From contig OX597819.1 in the NCBI GenBank assembly GCA_951406725.2, positions 33,108,001-33,172,000 of the forward strand: 64,000 nucleotides of DNA, given 5' to 3'. A program made the translations under genes and the position numbers. Below the pieces are notes generated by a model. That model saw nothing but the letters and a program-made list of their open reading frames with translations. It was not told the origin of the DNA and did not search any database. The DNA comes from Octopus vulgaris (lineage: Eukaryota). This document shows positions 55,231 through 64,000 of this stretch, piece after piece; positions within the stretch are counted from its first letter, which is position 1; each line of letters opens with the position of its first letter.

Positions 55231-55421
55231 AGACGCAGGTGTGGTTGTGTGGTAAGAGACTTGCTTACCTGCCATATAGTTCCGAGTTGAGTCCCACTGC
55301 ATAGCTCCTTGGGCAAGTGTCTCCTACTCTAACCTCGAGCCGACCAAAGCCTTGTGAGTGGATTCGGTAGACGGAAACTGAAAGATGCCCGTCGGATATA
55401 TATATATATATATATATATAT

Positions 55422-55513
<92 letters not shown>

Positions 55514-55738
55514 ATGTGAATGCATCTGTGTTTGTCTCACCACCATCGCTTGACAACCGATGTTGGTGAGTTTAAGTTCCCGTAACTTAGCGATTCGGCA
55601 AAAGGAACCGATAGAAGAAGTACCAGGCTTACAAAGAATAAGTTCTTGGGTCAATTTCTTCGACTAAAACCCTTTAAGGCGGTGACCCAGCATGGCTGCC
55701 GTCATATGACTGAAACAAATAAAAGAGTACAAGAATAA
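55231..55738 (+). mobile_element. SINE family A
   Basis: Full-length with long (TG)n. Confidence 0.88.
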
Positions 55739-55781
55739 AGTATGTTAGTTACATACTGTACAATAAATAACATTAAAACAA

Positions 55782-55988
55782 CTCTTTACTCTTTTACTTG
55801 TTTCAGTCATTTGACTGCGGCCATGCTGGAGCACCGCCTTTAGTCGAGCAAATCGACCCAGGACTTATTCTTTGTAAGCCTAGTACTTATTCTATCGGTA
55901 TCTTTTGCCGAACCGCTAAGTGACGGGGACGTAAACACACCAGCATCGGTTGTCAAGCAATGCTAGGGGGACAAACACAGACACACAA

Positions 55989-56055
<67 letters not shown>

Positions 56056-56220
56056 TACGACAGGCTTCTTTCTGTTTCCGTCTACCAAATCCACTCACAA
56101 GGCATTGGTCGGCCCGGGGCTATAGTAGAAGACACTTGCCCAAGATGCCACGGAGTGGGACTGAACCCGGAACCATGTGGTTGGTTAGCGAGCTACTTAC
56201 CACACAGCCACTCCTGCGCC
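55782..56220 (-). mobile_element. SINE family A, young
   Basis: Full-length. Confidence 0.92.
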
Positions 56221-56224
56221 TATA

Positions 56225-56745
56225 AAAATATTTTTATTTTATTGCCACACAATCTGACCATCTTCTCAATCGGCATATTGTTCCCCAACATCCTTCTTAA
56301 AGCTGTCCATTAGTTCTTCGTTGATTATTCAAAGCATTTAGTATATTATTTTATCCTGTAAATTTCCGAACAAATATGTAACATTAACCCTATAAGACCA
56401 TAAACTGTGCTTAATTTTAGATTTAAGAGTAGGTGATACATAATCTATGATCTTTTTGCTGATTCTAACTTATGTCCAACCTAGATGGGTATATTAATAT
56501 AATAGTAACTTTACAAGCAAATTTTGGTTTGTAGTCTTTAAAATTAATGTTTGGTGCTCTAGGTTTATAGCGTATTATCAAGACTGGCTATATAAGACTG
56601 GTTTCATGAATTTTTATAGGTGCAGAATTGGGGGTGTTTTTATAACTAGCATACAATTCCTTTTCAATCAAATCAATATAATATTTGATATTTATGTTGT
56701 ACAGGTTTCCAGTCTTGTCCGCTGGTACGAAAATCACTGATGCCC
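56225..56745 (-). mobile_element. Penelope-like reverse transcriptase fragment
   Basis: VIFVPADKTGNLY, NFKDYKPKF, ISKKIIDYV resemble the PLE RT N-terminal motifs ADKT and KDHKP..RLINP..ISK. Confidence 0.75.
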
Positions 56746-56803
56746 TCCTCAGTTTCTACAGGATATCCTTTAATTTACGTTGGTGCTGATTGTATCGCCG
56801 TGG

Positions 56804-56859
<56 letters not shown>

Positions 56860-56861
<2 letters not shown>

Positions 56862-57372
56862 AATTAAAAAAGGAAAATACGCACACTTACATAGTTTTAA
56901 TATAATTTTTAATATATCGACCGTTTTCGCTATCGCTATTCATGATATTTATGTTTTAATTATTTGAATATATATTTTTTCTTAAGAAGAAATTTGGTTC
57001 ATGTTGTGAGTGATGAAATTCACGAGTGAATGACTTCACAAGTAGATAAATAAAGTGAGGTAATTGGTTGTCGTTATTATTGCTATTGTTGGGGGTAAGG
57101 GAGCTAACTGTTCAGCTTTCGGTAATGGGTGGGGATTATATATGTGTACAGACAGAGACAAGTTTCAAAAACCTTGTTTAGTAGAGGATTTATGTACAGT
57201 GATGTAATCGTGAGTTGAAATATGTAAAAAGATAAAAGTTGGTTATGCGTGCATATTACGACGTGTTTTGTATTTTTCAATGAAAAAAGTTTCTTTATTT
57301 AAACGTTCTAGCTGAGAGATTGCGTCTTTACACTGGTAGAAAGGGAAGACTGTGAAATTTTGTTTGATGTTA

Positions 57373-57375
<3 letters not shown>
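56860..57375 (-). mobile_element. Penelope-like 3' end (GIY-YIG C-terminus plus terminus with HHR)
   Basis: FTVFPFYQCKDAISQLERLNKETFFIEKYK is homologous to the end of the adjacent GIY-YIG; bounded by (TA)n on both sides. Confidence 0.8.
56914..56948 (-). ncRNA. Minimal type I hammerhead motif, A3:U8 variant
   Basis: atatc-ATGAATA-gc gata gc-GAAA-acgg-TC-gatat. Confidence 0.65.
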
Positions 57376-57419
<44 letters not shown>

Positions 57420-57420
<1 letters not shown>

Positions 57421-58330
57421 AAAGTTGGTTTGTGAAAGCACGTGGGTGAATATATAAAAAATAGTAAAGAGTGAAAAAACGACAGAAGGCTTAAATGTTA
57501 AAAAATATATATATTTGCGTCAATATGTCTGAAGAATATTAGAAAATTTTTTAAACAAATTTTTTTTCCTTTATAATGACATAATTTTTAAAGAAAGACC
57601 GGTTTCGCATTTAGCTTTTCAAATTTCTTGTGACGTTATGTTTATGTTTAATAGAGTTATCCTTGTGTTTAAGCTCCGGAGAGTTCTAAATAAGGGAAGG
57701 TAGTGGGTGATTTCTGCCGGTGTAAGGGAGATAATTGCTTAAAATTTTTTTTCCTTTCCCTTAATGTGAATTTCTCTGTATGAGTATGTTTGGATGGTTG
57801 AGTCTGGGCTTGTACTTTTCAATGAAGAATGTTTCCTTGTTTAGTCTAATTTGTGTTGATGATCCGAAAGCACATTGGTAAAATGGAAAGATTAAAAATT
57901 GTGGTAGTAGTTACTTTGCGCATTTCTCAATGTGCTCACTAAAAGGTATCATTCTATATTCTGGGAATGCAATCTGTTGTCGATGCAGTGTGCATCTACG
58001 TCTGAGTGATAGTCCCGTGGAACCCACGTAGTCTTGGTGGCAGCCCGAGCATTTTATGACATAAATTATGTTTTCAGAGGCACAAGTAAAGTTAGATTTG
58101 ATCTTGAATTTCTGTCCCTCTTTAAAGAGGAATTCTGATCCTTCTAGCAGGTTAGGACATGTTGCACAGTTCGATCTACCACATTTTTTTACTTTTGCAT
58201 CCGTAATTTCAGAAGACAATTTTGCCTTTGTGAGAATCTTTTTAAGTGATTTAGGCTGTTTGTAGCTTTTAATGATTTGGTGTATGTTTAGAATTTCCTT
58301 TAATTTGGGGTTTTTTATGAAGTATTGGTA
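57420..58330 (-). mobile_element. Penelope-like element, GIY-YIG endonuclease and 3' terminus
   Basis: CGRSNCATC Cys motif, FTCASENIIYVIKCSGCHQDYVGSTG..LRRRCTLH, then after one stop FPFYQC..RLNKETFFIEKYKPRLN. Confidence 0.92.
57591..57629 (-). ncRNA. Minimal type I hammerhead motif, U3:A8 variant
   Basis: aagaaa(t)-TTGAAAA-gc taaat gc-GAAA-ccgg-TC-tttctt, downstream of the GIY-YIG ORF on the same strand. Confidence 0.7.
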
Positions 58331-58339
58331 AATTCTAAT

Positions 58340-59058
58340 TTACCAAATTTTGGAAATGAGAAACAGATGCATTAGTTATAGCAGCTCAGTACCAAGCCCA
58401 TAGAATAAATCTGATGAAAGCAAAAGTCGATAAAAATCAGTCAGGCTGCAAATGTTGAATCTACTGGAAAGGTGACGAGAGTAACAATCACATTTGAGGT
58501 AGTGCAGTATACTAACACAAAAGGAATATAAACGCAGACATGACTGTGTAGGTAATTGAGTGCATTGGAATGTTAATCGAGTTTTTGGCTTCAAGACAAT
58601 AGAAAAGTGTTATGAAATCGAATCAGAGGCTGTGATAGAAAACGAGATTTACAACGGACTTCACCATAAAGATTGAACTTACGATTGAGTCAAGAAGACT
58701 AGACATGATTATAGGGAACAAAATAAAGAAACAATGCACGATCATATGTCTTATAATTCCCTATAATAGTAGAGTCAACACGAAAGAAATGGAAAACATT
58801 GAAGGATACCAAGATCTCCTCATAGAGTCTATAAGGTTGTGAAAGACCAAGACAACGATTTTCCTGCAGTAATAGGTGCGCATGACACAACACTGAAAAT
58901 GTTACTCAAAAGAAATTGGAATTGAAACTTGCGTTTTCGACCTGGGGAAAAGTACCATTCTATATTCTGCGAGAATCCTAAGAACGATTCTTAGGATTTG
59001 AGGGTACTTATTTTCATCAAAGCTCAAGATAAAATACCTGCTGACTAAGTTAGCACCA
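58340..59058 (+). mobile_element. R4/Dong-like RLE LINE 3' remnant
   Basis: ETDALVIAAQ, decayed CCHC, EYKRRHDCVG..VHW, RRLDMII, AVIGA, KSTILYSARILRTIL; runs into (TAA/TGA)n. Confidence 0.85.
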
Positions 59059-59059
59059 A

Positions 59060-59063
59060 TATA

Positions 59064-59095
<32 letters not shown>

Positions 59096-59108
59096 AGTAA
59101 TAATAATA

Positions 59109-59166
<58 letters not shown>

Positions 59167-59276
59167 TAATAATAATAATGATAATAACAACAATAATAAT
59201 AATAATGATAATAATAATAATGATAATAATAATAATAATAATAATAATGATGATAATAATGATAATAATAATAATG

Positions 59277-59352
<76 letters not shown>

Positions 59353-59355
59353 TAA
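59060..59355. repeat. (TAA/TGA)n microsatellite
   Basis: Seen directly. Confidence 0.95.
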
Positions 59356-59462
59356 CGGCTGCTGAAAACCTGTGGATACCTAACGTTACAGGAATATGGC
59401 CCAAGCTGAGCCAAACCAAAATAATAATGATAATAATAATCACACACCTGTGCGCGCGCATA

Positions 59463-59497
<35 letters not shown>

Positions 59498-59614
59498 ATT
59501 CGACCTCTGGGGTTTACATTTTGCAATATTCATGAGATCGAATTTCAATGAAACAAGTGTAAATTGATGTAATAAAAGAACTTGCTCACTCCACTGTCCT
59601 TGTTTATAACTATA

Positions 59615-59911
59615 CTAGCAGTATCGCCCGGCGTTTCGCGGGTTTGTAAGGGAAATAACTATATAAGCATTTTTAGAGAGTTACTTCCCTTATATAATAC
59701 CAAAAATGCATTAAAAATGGGAAAAAATGATGGTAAATATTTTTTTAAATCGTAGACTCATCGTAAACGCGCGCTAATACCCGGAAGGGCTCGATATGAA
59801 TCACTACTATAAGATACCCGCTTTTAGTTACACTGCACCGCAAAATGTGGGAGTAGTTAGGAATCTAAATCGTAGGACACAGACACACAACTTCACTTTT
59901 ATATATAAAGA
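59615..59911 (-). mobile_element. Non-autonomous Helitron
   Basis: Minus strand starts a|TCtttatatataaaag and ends with GC hairpin cccgcgaaacgccggg...CTAG|t; no TSD. Confidence 0.85.
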
Positions 59912-60220
59912 TATATGTATGCATATGTGCGTGCGTGCGTGCGTGTGTGTGTGTTCGTGTCTGTATGTGTATGTGCGTATATGTGTGTGCGTATGCGTAT
60001 TTTATGTATGTGTATGTATATGTATGTATATTAGCATGTTTGTTACAACATGTAGATTTCCTTCAACATTCTCTTCTTAACAACATTGTAAATCTTCTTC
60101 AACTTGATATTTTTAATATTCCACACCTACTCATGTCTCGTATCCTTGGCTATCCTACCTTCCATTCATTAGATTTATCAGTTACATACCATCTACTTCT
60201 CTCCTCTCTCAATAGATTTG

Positions 60221-60753
<533 letters not shown>

Positions 60754-60755
60754 TA

Positions 60756-60812
<57 letters not shown>

Positions 60813-61044
60813 GAAATATATTACAAAAAGAAAATATAAAATACAGTATATATACATATGCATACATATATATATGTATGCATATGTGTTTATATATGCA
60901 TGTATATATATATATATATACACACACATACATACATATATATATATATGTAAATATATATTCATATAAAATAGTGTACAAACAATTTACGTTTTATACA
61001 TACATACATATACATATATATATATTGAGAGAGAGAGAGAGATG

Positions 61045-61115
<71 letters not shown>

Positions 61116-61426
61116 CAATGGAAAATGAAGAGTGTATTGTAGTAGATATATAAGTAGATATTTACTACAATACACTCTTCATTTTCCATTCTCCATGTTT
61201 CCCACACAATCAATTAATGATTGTCATTTTCAATAAACATCCCATGCACACGCACTCACACGTGCGCGCACAAGCACACACACACACACATATAATGGGT
61301 TCTCATTCAATACTTCATTAATTATTCTATGACGTTTCCTCAATCTAAACATCATATCGCATCTATAATTTTGTTATTTAATAATTCCATCGTCCAACAT
61401 GTTGCTTTCTCGCATTTTCTTTTAAA

Positions 61427-61525
<99 letters not shown>

Positions 61526-61697
61526 GTATACACATACACATATGCGTGTGTTTCTTTGTGTTTGTATTTATATGATTATATATAAGTATATATTTATATA
61601 TATGATGTATGTATATCTATACGCGTATATATGGATATATGCAGTTATCTTGTTATCTTCCTATATATAAATATATACATATATATATATATGTATA

Positions 61698-61771
<74 letters not shown>

Positions 61772-61854
61772 GAAGGTTGAAAAGGAACATGCTAGTTGAT
61801 ATATATGGAAAAAAAGTCAAGGTATTAAATTCTAAAATGATTTGATAACAAACA

Positions 61855-61896
61855 TTTCAGTACCGGTTTCAGTCATTGAGACTTTTTCAACTGTAA
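61855..61896 (-). ncRNA. Type I hammerhead motif, U3:A8 variant
   Basis: cag-TTGAAAA-agtc tcaat gact-GAAA-ccgg-TA-ctg. Confidence 0.75.
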
Positions 61897-62403
61897 GTAT
61901 GGAAAACAATTAAATTTCGGAAAAATTAAAAGAAAATTTTTTTAAAAGAATATTTGCATAGTATTCAAATACAAGGGGCATTTTCCTTGATTCTGCCTGT
62001 CTCTGTCTCTTTTGTTTACTCTTGTAGGTTCAAGGTCGTTGTGAATTCTTGGAAAGGGAAGTAGAAAAAGGAGCACAGTAATCTTCCTATTACACTGTAT
62101 CTGCAGTAGTTTTGGATACTTTAGAATTGATGTGGCATTATCTTTTTAACTTTTCAGTCCTGTAATTCGATGATGTGCCACACACGCACGCACGCATACA
62201 CACACACACGCACACACACACACACACACACATATATATCTATATGTATTGGGTTCTTTCAGTTTCCTCTGTCAAATCAACTCACAAGTCGTTGATAGGC
62301 AGGAACTGACAGAAGCTCGTCGTATATATGTGCAAATATATATCTACCTGTGTATGTGTGTGTGAGTGTAGATGTTTATACACACACACGCACACACACA
62401 CAC

Positions 62404-62462
<59 letters not shown>

Positions 62463-62636
62463 CATATATATATATGGATGAAGCCATCGGATTCACGTTG
62501 AATATTGCCTCTAAACATATTCTCTTCTCTTCAGAATACTCTAGCTGGAAGTAATGTAAATTTCACACATATATAGTATTTATCTCAAGTATATCTCAAA
62601 TTTTCATCTCAACTGTAGATAAATTATTCATATCAC

Positions 62637-62692
<56 letters not shown>

Positions 62693-62837
62693 ATATACAC
62701 ACATATATATATATATGTATGTATGTATACACATATATATATATATATGTATGTATGTATATATATATACATACACACATATGCATATGTACATAAATAT
62801 TTACATATATCTATTGATATATGCATACACATATGTG

Positions 62838-62872
<35 letters not shown>

Positions 62873-62900
62873 GCCCACACACAACACACACACACACACA

Positions 62901-62934
<34 letters not shown>

Positions 62935-62949
62935 GTATACCTGCTATTT

Positions 62950-64000
62950 TGTGGGTATTTACAGGTCCTGTAAACTACCACAGAATGCCTGCCCTTAAAA
63001 AAACTGTAAACGTAATTGGGACCAAAATGGAAAAAGTGAACCACAACATTAGGAAGCATAGATATAAAGCATAACCCATAAAATATCAGGCAAGGGTAGA
63101 AAGAAAGGGACGGATAAACGTAGATAGAAATAGTAAACTGACATTAGAAACAGAGAAAACGGAATACAGTAACAAACCCAGTAGATCTATTACAAGAAAT
63201 GGCAACATTATTTGGCTTAACCCAATTTTCAATTCCAAAATCCAAACTAGGTTAGGAATTCTTCTCAGCGTTAGACAGGTACTTCCCAAAACTTTCCAAA
63301 TATCACAAAATAATTAGCAGGTATAATATAAAATTAGCATATGCGATTTCCCACAATCCAGAATACTACGTACACAACTTAAATAGCATAAAACTCAATA
63401 GGGTAAAACTAGAGTGGGGCTTACGGAAAAAAAACCCACAGAACACAACAAAACAAACAACCAAGGAATGGCTGCAAATAGGAATGCTCATCCTTAACAA
63501 AAATGGGTCCAAACAACACCATAGAATTGGCAGTCCATTCTATAAGTAAGCCAAGTGGGAACACTGTTATATGAATAAGAAGAAATGTGGTCACCGGTAA
63601 CAACTCCGCTTGCAGAACCGAAAAAGGTAATATAGCATGTAACTTCAGGCGGAAAAATGAATGCAAGTTTAACCACAGCTGCATGATAAAGAATTTGGTT
63701 TACAGTCGTGAAGTGAAGACGAGTACACAAAAATGCGTGTATGTTGGTGGTACCAGAGACACTATGAAAAATCGTCTGTGTAACCGTCTTACGTCATTTC
63801 TCACTGTAAACAAAAGGCATTCCACATCATTATCTAACCTCATCGGGAGGCTCAAATAAGGGAGTGGAGCATACGACTAACTGGTCTATAGTAAAAAGCG
63901 CTACACCATTCTATGGATTCTATAAAACATCGCCGGTGTGCAATTTGTGCCTAGAGGAAACCCTGGAGATAATCACATCCAGAAAAATATACACAATTAA
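62950..64000 (+). mobile_element. Penelope-like element remnant (post-RT region and GIY-YIG), runs off window
   Basis: NIIWLNPIFN, YHKIISRYNIKLAY, KNLVYSREV..VYVGGT..KNR, STSLS, WSIVKSA, CNLCLEE; many stops and frameshifts. Confidence 0.88.

Noticed and set aside
57526-57560. CTGAAGA...GAAA as an additional hammerhead
   Set aside because: No credible stem II or stem I; likely chance in AT-rich sequence

Overview
Eukaryotic, AT-rich, extremely repeat-dense DNA. The SINE families and microsatellite load suggest an octopus/coleoid cephalopod genome; this is inferred, not verified by search. I recognise no intact host protein-coding gene, rRNA, true tRNA gene or CRISPR array, and almost all listed ORFs are microsatellite or SINE artefacts. 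The window holds dozens of tRNA-derived SINEs in four families (my labels A-D), remnants of mariner, hAT (Buster-type), RTE LINE, R4/Dong-like RLE LINE and Penelope-like elements, several MITEs and a non-autonomous Helitron. Two signals stand out. (1) About 16 type I hammerhead-ribozyme (HHR) motifs, found by eye and mostly in Penelope-like termini next to (TA)n tracts. Several carry compensatory swaps of the core C3:G8 pair (U3:A8, A3:U8), one lies in a 126-bp palindrome encoding an HHR on each strand, and one ends a tRNA-headed SINE-like element. (2) A homogeneous 21 x ~204-bp satellite that arose by tandem amplification inside a decayed RTE LINE. Coordinates were read by eye; boundaries of degraded elements are approximate.
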